Shown: positions 1-8,700 of the stretch, piece by piece
How the letters are laid out: every line of letters starts with the position of its first letter
Numbering within the stretch: the first letter of the stretch is position 1
Assembly: GCF_014651955.1 (NCBI RefSeq)
Contig: NZ_BMXW01000005.1
Location: 18,333-58,332 of the forward strand
DNA length: 40,000 nt
From: Shewanella fodinae
Lineage (GTDB): Bacteria; Pseudomonadota; Gammaproteobacteria; Enterobacterales; Shewanellaceae
Direction of reading: 5' to 3'
Program-made: the position numbers and the translations under genes
Notes under the pieces: model-generated
Databases searched by the model: none
Seen by the model: only the letters and a program-made list of their open reading frames with translations
Told to the model about the DNA's origin: nothing

Positions 1-827
1 CAAAACAATAACGTTATGCCTAACAAAAGTCCTACCTGCTTTTGACGCCGACTGTTTAACTCGTTTTCCTCATCTGGGTATTGGTCAAAAGGGGCACACT
101 GGGTAACTTGAGCAGGGAACACCTTAATGACTATCCATATGAGCAGTATTGATTTCAAAATCCCTAACACAGGGAAATGCAACAGGAGATATTCTGTATA
201 GCCGAAATGGATGTGAAATAAATTCTCACTCGCGCCAGCAAGGATCATATTGGGAATGTTGGCTGGCAAAATGGCAAAACTCGGCATATTGCACGCTATT
301 GCCAATGAAGTGGCAATCCCTAATCGGCCATTACTGCCTTTAGCAAAACCTATTTTATCTGCCAAGGCCATGCCGATGGGGAGTAATACTACCGCGCGCC
401 CAACTGAGGATGGCATGACAAAACCAAGCAGCACGGCAGTCACAACTAGCCCGGTGATTAATTGGGGGTAACTGGCTGTTATATGAGGTGCAATATATGA
501 TGCGATCCGTTCGCCTAAACCGGAGACAGAGATAGCCGAGCCAATGACGAACCCGGATATAATGAGCCACACCGCCGTTGAACCAAACCCAGAGAACAAT
601 AGATCTGGCCGAATTACGTTAAACACTGTTGCAAAGGCGAAAAATAGCAATCCGGTAAGAAATGGAGGTAGAAATCCTGAACTCCACAAGACCAACGTTA
701 CAATGACAATTGCGGCACTACGCAGAAATGTCACTGAATAGCCAGAAATCGGGTAAATACTAATAAATATTGCAAAAGCGATGGTTAACGCTACAAGGAA
801 GGTTTTTAGGCTAAATTTATTCGCCAT
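1..827 (-). CDS. SLC13/DASS-type (ArsB/NhaD superfamily) anion permease, N-terminal part; the gene continues beyond the window start
   Basis: Not in the ORF track because it runs off the edge. My minus-strand translation from the ATG (complement of 825-827) reads MANKFSLKTFLVALTIAFAIFISIYPISGYSVTFLRSAAIVIVTLVLWSSGFLPPFLTGLLFFAFATVFNVIRPDLLFSGFGSTAVWLIISGFVIGSAISVSGLGERIASYI... with no stop down to position 1. The pattern is polytopic and hydrophobic, typical of SLC13-like permeases. It is divergent from the AraC regulator gene. Confidence 0.55.
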   Translation of the reverse strand, partial: MANKFSLKTFLVALTIAFAIFISIYPISGYSVTFLRSAAIVIVTLVLWSSGFLPPFLTGLLFFAFATVFNVIRPDLLFSGFGSTAVWLIISGFVIGSAISVSGLGERIASYIAPHITASYPQLITGLVVTAVLLGFVMPSSVGRAVVLLPIGMALADKIGFAKGSNGRLGIATSLAIACNMPSFAILPANIPNMILAGASENLFHIHFGYTEYLLLHFPVLGILKSILLIWIVIKVFPAQVTQCAPFDQYPDEENELNSRRQKQVGLLLGITLLF

Positions 828-910
828 AGAGTGAGATCCAGTTAGGCAGTTGCAAAACATCTATGAGTTTTTAAGATATCCGATAGTTTATGACGGGTTA
901 ATAGCCAAAT

Positions 911-1714
911 ATGACAAATGATATTCTCAATACGTCAATGCAGTCCCCCAGCGACGTTGCATATATCCTAGATGCGTCGCAACCAGTCTTGTCCCATAAA
1001 CGCAGTATGCAAGCAGAATCAGGTATTGTTCCTCACGCTCATCCAAGGGGACAGCTACTTTGGGCGGTGGAAGGTATTCTACGTATCACCAGCGAAAACG
1101 CCGTATGGGTGGTTCCATCGACTCATGCAGTTTGGATCCCTGGAAATGTGTACCATCAGGTGAGTGGAGAGACGGCAGCGCAAACGCGTAACATATATGT
1201 AGACCCTAGTTACACTGTTCGGGACGGGGAGAAATCAATCACCATGCTAGAAATGAGCCCATTGATGCGTGAACTGATTTTGAAACTCACGGAAAGCAAT
1301 GCCTCTATGAGTAAAAGCCGTATTCAGCGATTAGGTTGGGTGGTATTAGATGAGTTGGACGTAATGAAATCGTTCCTGCTATATCTCCCAGCGGGCAACG
1401 ATCCCCGCTTAAAAAAGCTTATAAGCAATATCGTCAATAACCCTTCACAATCATTGGCGTTATCAACATTAGCGCACGACGTTGGTGCCAGTGTACGAAC
1501 TATTGAACGTCTTTTTAAAGCGGAGACTGGTATGAATTATCGCCAATGGCGCAGTCGTTTTCGATTGATGCACGCTCTTGATAATGTCATCCATGGCTCA
1601 AATACGACGATGATCGCCCATGAACTAGGATACAAGAGCGTTAGCAGTTTTATTGTTGCCTTTAAACGTCTTTTTGGCTGCACGCCCCAAGATTATCTCT
1701 TGCATAAAAACTAA
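911..1714 (+). CDS. AraC-family transcriptional regulator (cupin-like sensor plus C-terminal HTH)
   Basis: 267-aa ORF. The C-terminus carries an AraC-type double HTH (VRTIERLFKAETGMNYRQWRSRFRLMHAL...GYKSVSSFIVAFKRLFGCTPQDY). The N-terminus is cupin-like (HAHPRGQLLWAVEG...). It is divergent from the permease gene. Confidence 0.85.
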   Translation: MTNDILNTSMQSPSDVAYILDASQPVLSHKRSMQAESGIVPHAHPRGQLLWAVEGILRITSENAVWVVPSTHAVWIPGNVYHQVSGETAAQTRNIYVDPSYTVRDGEKSITMLEMSPLMRELILKLTESNASMSKSRIQRLGWVVLDELDVMKSFLLYLPAGNDPRLKKLISNIVNNPSQSLALSTLAHDVGASVRTIERLFKAETGMNYRQWRSRFRLMHALDNVIHGSNTTMIAHELGYKSVSSFIVAFKRLFGCTPQDYLLHKN

Positions 1715-2011
1715 TCGTGCAATTACAGACATCTCCGGTTTTCCCTCGGCGCTGCGATATAACGTTTCACTGTCACTAAATTATCAAGGCAAACTGTTTT
1801 AAACATCTATGTCCTACAGCATTTGGGTTTTCTGCACGGCAGATACAAACCTCGAGGATTGAGTAAGGTGAAAGACAAATTTTCAAGTTTGTTAGCACGA
1901 GGCTGGGAGAGCCAAGCTGGAATGGCTTTCAAGGATAGAAAGCTGTGAATTCTGAGTGTAGCCATTTTCAGTATAAAGCCGAGGAGTTTTTAGCAACGAG
2001 AGTGGCCCACG

Positions 2012-2039
2012 AAAAAAGGGACCGTTACCGGTCCCTTTT
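2012..2039. terminator. Bidirectional rho-independent terminator between convergent araC-like gene and fdhF (Cys copy)
   Basis: AAAAAAGGGACCG-TTAC-CGGTCCCTTTT. The GC-rich stem is perfect (2018-2024 / 2029-2035), with an A-run on one side and a T-run on the other. Confidence 0.75.
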
Positions 2040-2071
2040 ACTTTCGACGTTGATGTAGTTTTGCATACTAC

Positions 2072-4246
2072 TTATGCAGTGACGGCCGCTGGCCTGGCGT
2101 CCTCCACAGCATGGCGTAAGCGAGCTTTCATCTCGCTGTAGACCTGTGCCGCATAATTCTCTGCCCAGGTCTGATCCTCGATAGCACTGACGTTAGCCGC
2201 ACAGTACTTGGTTTCTGGCGTTTTTGAGGTGGGGTCCAGGTTGTCCTGGGTCAACTCGTTGCAGGCGCCAATCCACCATTGATAGGTCATGTAAACAGCA
2301 CCACGGTTGATGCGATCGCTGACATTAGCGCGGCTGATCACCTTACCGCGCCGCGATGCGACCCACACCAGTTGTTGATCTTTGATGCCGAGTGCCAGCG
2401 CATCTTCAGGATTGATGTTGACCAGCCCCGGTTCGTCTGCCAGTGTTTTCAGTGCTGCACAGTTACCGGTCATAGAACGGCAAGAGTAGTGCCCCACTTC
2501 GCGCACGGTACACAGTACCAGCGGGAACTCTTCATCGGTCAGTTCCGCGGGTTTGCGCCAGTGTGTTGCAAACAACTGCCCTTTGCCGCTAGGTGTGGCA
2601 AATTTGTTGTCGGTATACAGCAACGGCGTGCCGGGATGATCCAGTGTTGGACAAGGCCACTGTATATGGCCGAATTCGCCCATTTTTTCGTAAGTAACGC
2701 CGTAATACAGCGGGCACAACTCACGCAATTCATCCCAAATCTGCTGGTTGTTGTCGTAGTGCATTGGGTAACCCATTTCAGTGGCGATCAGTGAAATGAT
2801 GTCCCAGTCACGTTTAACGTTATATTTAGGCTCAATGGCTTTTTCGAACCGTTGGAACCCACGGTCGGCGCAGGTAAATACCCCACCGTGCTCACCCCAG
2901 GAAGTGGCGGGCAGAATCACATCCGCTGCTTCAGCAGTTTTGGTCATGAAAATGTCCTGTACTACCAGCAAATCCAGCGCATCTATCCCTTTACGCACCA
3001 GGCTCAAATCAGCCTCGGTCTGCAATGGATCTTCACCCATGATGTAATAGGCTTTGACTTTGCCTTCTAGCGCCAGATGAGGTACGTCTGTAATGCGAAC
3101 CCCTACTTCCTTATCCATAGACTCAGGATCGATACCCCATGCCTTGGCAAATTTGGCACGGACAGCCGCATCGGTCACTTTCTGATAGCCGGGGAATAAG
3201 TCCGGCAAGACGCCCATGTCGCAGCCACCCTGCACATTATTCTGACCACGTACAGGTGCCACACCCGCGCCATGACGGCCTAGGTTACCGGAGAGCAGTG
3301 CCAGCGTGGACAGGCTCTTAACTGTCTCGGTGCCCTGACCGAACTGAGTAACCCCCATGCCCCAACAGATCACTGAAGAGGGAGAGGAAGCATAGGTGCG
3401 CATTGCCTGGCGAACTTCTTGGGCGCTGACGCCGGTAATGGCCTCAACTTTCTCAGGAGCATAGTCTTTGACCACATTCCACAGGCTGTCGAAACCTTCG
3501 GTGTATTTTGCGACATAGTCCTTGTTGTAGAGGTTTTCCTCCAGCAGGGTGTAGATGAAGGCGTTGACCATCACCACATTACAACCGTTGTTCAGTTGCA
3601 GATGTTGATCAGCAATACGGGCGGCTTCAATGCGCCGAGGATCGCACACAATGATCTTGGCCCCATTCTGTTTGGCCTTCACAATACGGCGGGCGACAAT
3701 CGGGTGAGAATCAGCACTGTTGTAACCAAAGATCAGCAGACATTTAGCCTGTTCCAGATCTTCGATGGAAACGCTCATGGCACCATTGCCTAAGGTTTCA
3801 CGTAGCCCGGCAACAGACGGGCCGTGACACACGCGAGCACAGCAGTCGACATTATTGCTGCCAAGCACCGCACGGGTGAACTTCTGCATCACATAATTGG
3901 TTTCATTACCAGTGCCGCGGGAAGACCCTGTGGTCATAATGGCGCGGGCGCCGTGTTTTGCCTTGATTTCGGCAAAACGTTTGGCAACGTATTTGATGGC
4001 TTCATCCCAGGATACTGTCTCAAATGGGCCACCTTTTTCACGGCGGATCATCGGCTCGCGCAGGCGGGGAGTCAGCAGTTTAGTATCGTTGAGGAAATCC
4101 CAGCCATAGTACCCTTTAAGGCATAGTTCGCTTTGGTTGGTGGCACCTGCGGCTGCTTCTGCACGGATAATACGGCCGTTATCCACCACCAGTTTCATTT
4201 TGCAACCCGCACCGCAGTACGGACAGACTGTTGTCACTTTTTCCAT
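2072..4246 (-). CDS. fdhF: Formate dehydrogenase H-type catalytic subunit (FdhF), cysteine variant (Cys at codon 140)
   Basis: ORF 2072..4324 trimmed to MEKVTTVCPYCGAGCKM (ATG is the complement of 4244-4246, after TAAAGGTAGAG), because the extra N-terminal residues overlap hydN. It has the N-terminal 4Fe-4S motif CPYCGAGC and is colinear with E. coli FdhF as I recall it. The active-site string is NVDCCARV-C-HGPSVAGL, with TGT at the complement of 3827-3829 (codon 140). Confidence 0.92.
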   Translation of the reverse strand: MEKVTTVCPYCGAGCKMKLVVDNGRIIRAEAAAGATNQSELCLKGYYGWDFLNDTKLLTPRLREPMIRREKGGPFETVSWDEAIKYVAKRFAEIKAKHGARAIMTTGSSRGTGNETNYVMQKFTRAVLGSNNVDCCARVCHGPSVAGLRETLGNGAMSVSIEDLEQAKCLLIFGYNSADSHPIVARRIVKAKQNGAKIIVCDPRRIEAARIADQHLQLNNGCNVVMVNAFIYTLLEENLYNKDYVAKYTEGFDSLWNVVKDYAPEKVEAITGVSAQEVRQAMRTYASSPSSVICWGMGVTQFGQGTETVKSLSTLALLSGNLGRHGAGVAPVRGQNNVQGGCDMGVLPDLFPGYQKVTDAAVRAKFAKAWGIDPESMDKEVGVRITDVPHLALEGKVKAYYIMGEDPLQTEADLSLVRKGIDALDLLVVQDIFMTKTAEAADVILPATSWGEHGGVFTCADRGFQRFEKAIEPKYNVKRDWDIISLIATEMGYPMHYDNNQQIWDELRELCPLYYGVTYEKMGEFGHIQWPCPTLDHPGTPLLYTDNKFATPSGKGQLFATHWRKPAELTDEEFPLVLCTVREVGHYSCRSMTGNCAALKTLADEPGLVNINPEDALALGIKDQQLVWVASRRGKVISRANVSDRINRGAVYMTYQWWIGACNELTQDNLDPTSKTPETKYCAANVSAIEDQTWAENYAAQVYSEMKARLRHAVEDARPAAVTA

Positions 4247-4268
4247 TGTTTCTCTACCTTTAGAAGTA

Positions 4269-4814
4269 CTAAACACAGAACCCTGCACCGTTATCCAGTG
4301 CGGTACGTCTGCGTTTATCTGCACTCAGCATTGCCAAATCGTCACGATCGACACATCTGAGCGCCGCGGTCGGACAAACCTCGATACAGGCCGGGCCTTC
4401 TGGGCGGTCGTAGCAAAGGTCGCATTTGTTTGCCTGGGCTCTTTCCCTCAGGACATTGACGGCTGCGCCTGTGTTGCGCACTACCGGGTAGGTCACCACT
4501 TCCATCGCACCGTACGGACAAGCCACCACACAAGTTTTGCAACCGATACAACGTTCCTGCTGTACCTGTACAAAACCGTGGGCGCGGCGGATGGCATTAT
4601 TTGGGCAGACATTGGCGCAAGGGGCATCTTCGCATTGCCGACATTGCGTCGCAGTGCTGATAGTCGCCCCTTTTACAACATGGATCCTCGGGGTAAAATT
4701 TATCGCACTGAGTGCGGTAACATCCCCGTCTGCACGGTGCGCAACGGCACAGGCCACCTCACACGTACGGCAGCCAATACATTTGTTAGCATCGGCAAGA
4801 ATAAAGCTGTTCAT
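4269..4814 (-). CDS. hydN: HydN-type 4Fe-4S ferredoxin (electron-transfer partner of FdhF)
   Basis: ORF 4269..4859 trimmed to MNSFILADANKCIGCRTCEVAC (ATG is the complement of 4812-4814, with GGAG 6 nt upstream). This gives 181 aa, the same length as the second copy. It has multiple CxxCxxCxxxCP cluster motifs (CIGCRTCEVAC, CRQCEDAPCANVCP, CIGCKTCVVACP, CDLC...CIEVCP) and closely resembles E. coli HydN as I recall it. Confidence 0.9.
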   Translation of the reverse strand: MNSFILADANKCIGCRTCEVACAVAHRADGDVTALSAINFTPRIHVVKGATISTATQCRQCEDAPCANVCPNNAIRRAHGFVQVQQERCIGCKTCVVACPYGAMEVVTYPVVRNTGAAVNVLRERAQANKCDLCYDRPEGPACIEVCPTAALRCVDRDDLAMLSADKRRRTALDNGAGFCV

Positions 4815-4887
4815 AGTACTCTCCAGTTGTATACAAGCGTTAAGTCCCTGTTCTCGCAAAGCGTCTTGTCATACATTGGTTTAGTAC

Positions 4888-4902
4888 ACATAAACCATGC
4901 CA
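4888..4902 (-). promoter_or_regulatory. Candidate sigma-54 (-24/-12) promoter of hydN-fdhF(Cys), with a non-canonical -12 (GT instead of GC)
   Basis: The minus strand reads TGGCAT-GGTTT-ATGT. Spacing matches TGGCAC-N5-TTGC. The same box with the same spacing sits upstream of the second hydN copy. It lies about 75 nt upstream of the hydN ATG. Confidence 0.4.
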
Positions 4903-4973
4903 AATATTTTTATATTTAAAATACAAATAGTTATAGATTTGGTGGCAGACTATTCTAGTTAAAAACCACAATT

Positions 4974-5002
4974 TCGTCATGTCATTTCGACAAAACTGTC
5001 GA
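4974..5002 (-). promoter_or_regulatory. 29-bp conserved upstream element (candidate FhlA-type enhancer/UAS), copy 1
   Basis: The plus strand TCGTCATGTCATTTCGACAAAACTGTCGA is identical over 29 nt to 19350-19378. It contains the inverted repeat TCGACA-AAAC-TGTCGA (4987-5002). It lies about 70-100 bp upstream of the -24-like box. Confidence 0.55.
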
Positions 5003-5017
5003 AAGTGTCGGACACAA

Positions 5018-5045
5018 AACAGCCGTAGCTGACGGCGTCAGCTAC
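5018..5045 (-). terminator. Possible terminator of the MFS transporter gene, insulating it from the hydN promoter region
   Basis: Perfect 10-bp-arm palindrome GTAGCTGACG-g-CGTCAGCTAC (5025-5045), followed on the minus strand by GGCTGTTTTG. The T-run is short and offset. Confidence 0.4.
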
Positions 5046-5109
5046 CAGAGTTTGCAACAGATAAGCTAAGGGAGAGAGACAGCCCCGGCTGGAGCTGTCT
5101 GCTAAGAAG

Positions 5110-6390
5110 TTAAAGCACCTGGCTGTGAGCGGCGTGTTTCTCGCGCCAAATACCAGCATAGATCAACAGCAAGCCAGCTACAGCATAACTGGCGGTAAAT
5201 GTTACCACCGCCGACCAACCACCATGTTGCCAAAACCAACCACCGACAGAGCCTGAAATACTCGACCCCAGATAGTAGAACAGTAAGTAAAGTGACGATG
5301 CATGGCCTTTAGCGCTTTTGGCCGCGGCCCCCACCGCACTGCTGGCCACAGAATGGCCAACAAAGAAACCGGTGGTGACCAACGCCACACCGCAGATAAT
5401 TCCGATAATCGGTGTCATCAAGGTTAGCAGTGCGCCTGCCAGCATCAGCATAAATGCGGCAATCAACAACGGTGTTCTACCGTAACGATCGGCCAAACTG
5501 CCCGCCATTGAAGACGAAACAATCCCAAAAGCAAATGCCAGAAAGATAAAGCTCACTTGCGTCTGGTTAAAGCCGTAAGGCTCTGCCGTCAAGCGGAAGG
5601 TTGAATAATTGAACAAGGTGACAAATATGCTGATCAGCATAAAGCCTATGACATACAGCTTGATCAACTTGAGATCCTGCAAGTGCATTTTCCACGATTG
5701 CAGATGATAATTCAGGTTCAATCCGGGTTTCCTGACAAAGTGTCGCGATGCGGGCAACAACAGCAAAAAGCCTATGGCAGATAACAAACAGAGGGCGCCA
5801 AGTACCCCCATGGCTACACGCCAAGAGGCAATTTCGGTCAGCAACCCCATGCTGACTCGGCCCATCATGGCACCAAATGCCACACCGCCAACGTACAGCC
5901 CCATGGCTTTACCCAAATCTTTTGGGTCTATCTCTTCGGCCAACCAGGCCATTGCTACGGCGGGAACACCGCCTAACACGAGCCCTTCTAGCGAGCGGGC
6001 TAGCAACACGTCATGCCATTCAGGCAATACGGCGACAACACAGTTCAATAGTGCCGCTAACGCCATGGAACAAAACATCAATCCGCGCCGCCCCATTGCC
6101 TGAGAAAACGCACCAGCTAACACGATGGCAAATGACAGAAATCCCGTTGTCACTGACAACGCCAGCGAACTCTGCGTGGGGCTGATACCAAAACTGTTGG
6201 CAAAATCCGGCAACAATGGTTGTACACAATAGATCAGCGAAAAACTGGCAAATCCCGCCAGAAACAAAGCAATACCGGCACGAGTGTATGCTTTAGAACC
6301 TTGCTTTATATAGGAGGGGATTTCTTCACTGGCAACAGTTTCGGGGCAAGCACTGCGCTTATGAAGCACAGTTGGGGTACGACTATTCAT
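5110..6390 (-). CDS. MFS transporter, YnfM-like
   Basis: 426-aa polytopic ORF. The N-terminal region RAGIALFLAGFASFSLIYCVQPLLPDFANSFGISPTQSSLALS resembles the E. coli YnfM family as I recall it. It is divergent from a LysR gene, the classic ynfM/ynfL-type arrangement. Confidence 0.75.
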   Translation of the reverse strand: MNSRTPTVLHKRSACPETVASEEIPSYIKQGSKAYTRAGIALFLAGFASFSLIYCVQPLLPDFANSFGISPTQSSLALSVTTGFLSFAIVLAGAFSQAMGRRGLMFCSMALAALLNCVVAVLPEWHDVLLARSLEGLVLGGVPAVAMAWLAEEIDPKDLGKAMGLYVGGVAFGAMMGRVSMGLLTEIASWRVAMGVLGALCLLSAIGFLLLLPASRHFVRKPGLNLNYHLQSWKMHLQDLKLIKLYVIGFMLISIFVTLFNYSTFRLTAEPYGFNQTQVSFIFLAFAFGIVSSSMAGSLADRYGRTPLLIAAFMLMLAGALLTLMTPIIGIICGVALVTTGFFVGHSVASSAVGAAAKSAKGHASSLYLLFYYLGSSISGSVGGWFWQHGGWSAVVTFTASYAVAGLLLIYAGIWREKHAAHSQVL

Positions 6391-6504
6391 GATATTGATA
6401 ACGACTTTAACGTTACGGCTGTGAAAGTGATGCCATTTTATTCACCAGACTTTGATAGTTCTAATATATAATAAATCACATGTTGATATGTTTTAGATAT
6501 AAAT

Positions 6505-7419
6505 ATGGAATTACGCCACATCCGCTACTTTCTGGCGATTGCCGAAGAGAAAAATTTCACCCGCGCGGCGTCCAAGCTGCATATTGCCCAGCCACCACTG
6601 AGTCAGCAGATTAAAGATCTGGAATATGAACTGGGCACCCCGTTATTTCATCGCACGCCCCATGGTGCCGAGTTAACCGACGCGGGCGCGGCATTTTTCG
6701 AGGCGGTAAAAGTGTTGCCATTGCAAATACGTCAAGCAAAAGAAGCCGCCCAAAAAGCCGCTAAAGGCGAAACCGGAAAGCTACGTTTGGGGGTTACCGG
6801 CACCGCCGCACTACACCCGGCAATCCCGGCGGTTATCCGACAATTTCGTCGGCGTTATCCCGAGGTAGAGCTGACCATTGAAGAAGCCAATTCGCTGGCG
6901 CTAGCGCAAGGGATGTTAACTGATCGGCTGGATGCGGCGATTCTGCGACCGTCAGACCCCGATCCCAAGACACTGACGATAGAGCATTTTCTAACCGAGC
7001 AGTTGGTCATTGCCCTACCCTCGGCGCACCCATTAGCCCGCGACACCAATGCCATCAATATGCTGGCATTGCAACAAGAGCCATTTATTATGACGCCGCG
7101 CTCGTTGGCGGTCAGTTTGCATGATGCAGTAGTTGCTGTGTGCCATGCTGCCGGATTTGAACCTATCGAAGGCCAGGCAGCACCACAAATTGCGTCAATA
7201 TTGTCGATGGTTTCTGCCGAATTAGGGATCTCGCTGGTGCCAGAGTCGATGCGCCAGTTAAGTGTCAAAGGGGTGGTGTTTCGCAGCATTGGTGATACCG
7301 CCTCCAAAGTAGAACTGGCGGTTGCCTACCCGAGTCTGCATCCATCGCAGCCAGCCCTTAATTTTGCGGCGGTGGTCAGGCAGCAGAAATCCGCCAGAGA
7401 AGCCTTGCTGGCGGAATAA
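6505..7419 (+). CDS. LysR-family transcriptional regulator
   Basis: 304 aa. The N-terminal wHTH is MELRHIRYFLAIAEEKNFTRAASKLHIAQPPLSQQIKDLEYELG, followed by a LysR substrate-binding fold. It is divergent from the MFS gene. Confidence 0.9.
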   Translation: MELRHIRYFLAIAEEKNFTRAASKLHIAQPPLSQQIKDLEYELGTPLFHRTPHGAELTDAGAAFFEAVKVLPLQIRQAKEAAQKAAKGETGKLRLGVTGTAALHPAIPAVIRQFRRRYPEVELTIEEANSLALAQGMLTDRLDAAILRPSDPDPKTLTIEHFLTEQLVIALPSAHPLARDTNAINMLALQQEPFIMTPRSLAVSLHDAVVAVCHAAGFEPIEGQAAPQIASILSMVSAELGISLVPESMRQLSVKGVVFRSIGDTASKVELAVAYPSLHPSQPALNFAAVVRQQKSAREALLAE

Positions 7420-7519
7420 ATGCAGCGCGACAACACATCTGACTTTTTCTATGCGGGGATTTTCGCCTAAGCTGGATCTTCAGAACAGGAATTTTCTACC
7501 CGCTTGAAGGAGTCATGCC

Positions 7520-8443
7520 ATGTCTAGTCACACAAAAACCGCGCAACCTGTATCGTCCTCACAAGAAATCCCGCAAGCGGCCTTTGATTGGTACGATGAA
7601 TATGCGCACGGCATGATCGACAGACGTGAATTTATGCAACGTCTGGCCGGATTGACGGTATTGGGATTCAACCTGACAACACTGACGGCAGCACTTTTGC
7701 CTGATTATGCCTTAGCAGAGCAAGTCAGTTTTAATGACCCGGCCATCAAGGCGAGTTATCAGACATTTGATTCAGCCAAAGGCCACGGTAAAGGCCGCGG
7801 ATATTTGGTCATGCCACGCGAAGCAACATCCCATTTGCCCGTAGTATTGGTTGTTCACGAGAATCGCGGTTTAAACCCCTACATTGAAGATGTGGTCAGA
7901 CGCCTAGCTAAGAGTGGTTTTATCGCGTTTGCCCCCGATGCCTTATACCCACTGGGCGGCTATCCCGGGAATGATGATGAAGGCAGAACGATGCAGGCAA
8001 ATATGGATCAGCACAAGATTGAACAGGATTTTATAGCTGCCGCCCATTATCTCAAATCGCATCCAGCCAGTAACGGTAAGCTCGGCGCAGTGGGTTTCTG
8101 TTTCGGAGGCTACATTGTCAATATGCTGGCGGCCACCATTGCCGATGACCTCGCCGCAGCCGTGCCTTTTTATGGCACACCAGCGCCGGAAGAACTGCAA
8201 TTACAAGTAAAAGGCCCGTTAATGTTACACTTTGCTGAATTGGACAGCCGAGTCAATGCCAGTTGGCCTGGTTATGAAAAAGTCCTCGCGGCCAACAAAG
8301 TGACATATCAGGCCTACCTGTATCCCAACGTGAACCACGGTTTCCATAATGACTCTACTGCTCGTTACAATGAGGCCATGGCTGAACTCGCTTGGAGTCG
8401 CACTTTGCAGTTTTTTAATCTCAGGCTTAGAAGCACTGACTAG
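7520..8443 (+). CDS. Dienelactone hydrolase-family protein with a twin-arginine-like signal
   Basis: 307 aa with a GAAGGAG SD upstream. DRREFMQRLAGLTVLGF resembles a Tat motif, so an alternative start at the Met of MIDRREF (7616) is possible. DLH-type motifs are present: VVLVVHENRGLNPYIEDV..., nucleophile-elbow GFCFGG, and C-terminal NHGFHND. Confidence 0.75.
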   Translation: MSSHTKTAQPVSSSQEIPQAAFDWYDEYAHGMIDRREFMQRLAGLTVLGFNLTTLTAALLPDYALAEQVSFNDPAIKASYQTFDSAKGHGKGRGYLVMPREATSHLPVVLVVHENRGLNPYIEDVVRRLAKSGFIAFAPDALYPLGGYPGNDDEGRTMQANMDQHKIEQDFIAAAHYLKSHPASNGKLGAVGFCFGGYIVNMLAATIADDLAAAVPFYGTPAPEELQLQVKGPLMLHFAELDSRVNASWPGYEKVLAANKVTYQAYLYPNVNHGFHNDSTARYNEAMAELAWSRTLQFFNLRLRSTD

Positions 8444-8462
8444 CTCTTGATAATCACCTAAT

Positions 8463-8488
8463 AAAAAACAGCCAAAAGGCTGTTTTTT
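8463..8488 (+). terminator. Rho-independent terminator after the dienelactone hydrolase gene
   Basis: AAAAAACAGCC-AAAA-GGCTGTTTTTT. The stem is perfect and a T-run follows. Confidence 0.85.
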
Positions 8489-8646
8489 ATTAGGTGCCAA
8501 GGACTATTCACCATTGCCGTTTACCGCCGAAACGCTATTCCTGAATCGCACCATAAGTGACGTTCAACAAGCATTTAATCGCTGGAACAGGGGACGCTGC
8601 TAACAACTAATGCTCTAGAGTCACGTTATCTTGGAAAACTTAGCTT

Positions 8647-8671
8647 CTAAAATGGGCTCCCGGAGGAGCCC
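8647..8671 (-). terminator. Probable terminator of the decaheme cytochrome gene
   Basis: On the minus strand, GGGCTCC-TCCG-GGAGCCC (8654-8671) is followed by ATTTTAG, about 30 nt after the stop codon. Confidence 0.55.
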
Positions 8672-8700
8672 GAGTCAGAACATAGTCCCTGGCAAATCGG

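Noticed and set aside
149-741. Small plus-strand ORFs 149..343, 250..471 and 544..741, and minus-strand ORF 355..570, at the window start.
   Set aside because: All of them overlap the edge-truncated permease gene (1-827, minus strand, a different frame), which gives a continuous stop-free membrane-protein translation.
1868-1948. A 26-codon GTG-initiated ORF in the 300-bp spacer between the araC-like gene and the terminator at 2012.
   Set aside because: The start context is weak, and I have no conservation evidence or motifs. I left it as unexplained non-coding DNA.
4247-4324. N-terminal extensions suggested by the longest-ORF coordinates: fdhF 4247..4324, hydN 4815..4859, hyfG 23347..23460, lgt 37063..37101, DOPA-dioxygenase-like 39376..39459, secreted protein 38397..38438 and adh-like 15185..15205.
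   Set aside because: The extensions overlap upstream genes or lack an SD. The internal starts have good SD spacing and match the N-termini of the paralog or family.
4137-4919. A long plus-strand ORF (260 aa) antisense to hydN/fdhF. Similar antisense ORFs occur at 2279..2794, 3419..3793, 16769..17347, 17786..18127, 18203..18649 and 18775..19269.
   Set aside because: These are shadow ORFs on the strand opposite strongly recognisable genes. Their composition is Arg/Ser/His/Thr-rich and low in complexity, they have no SD, and they carry no family signatures.
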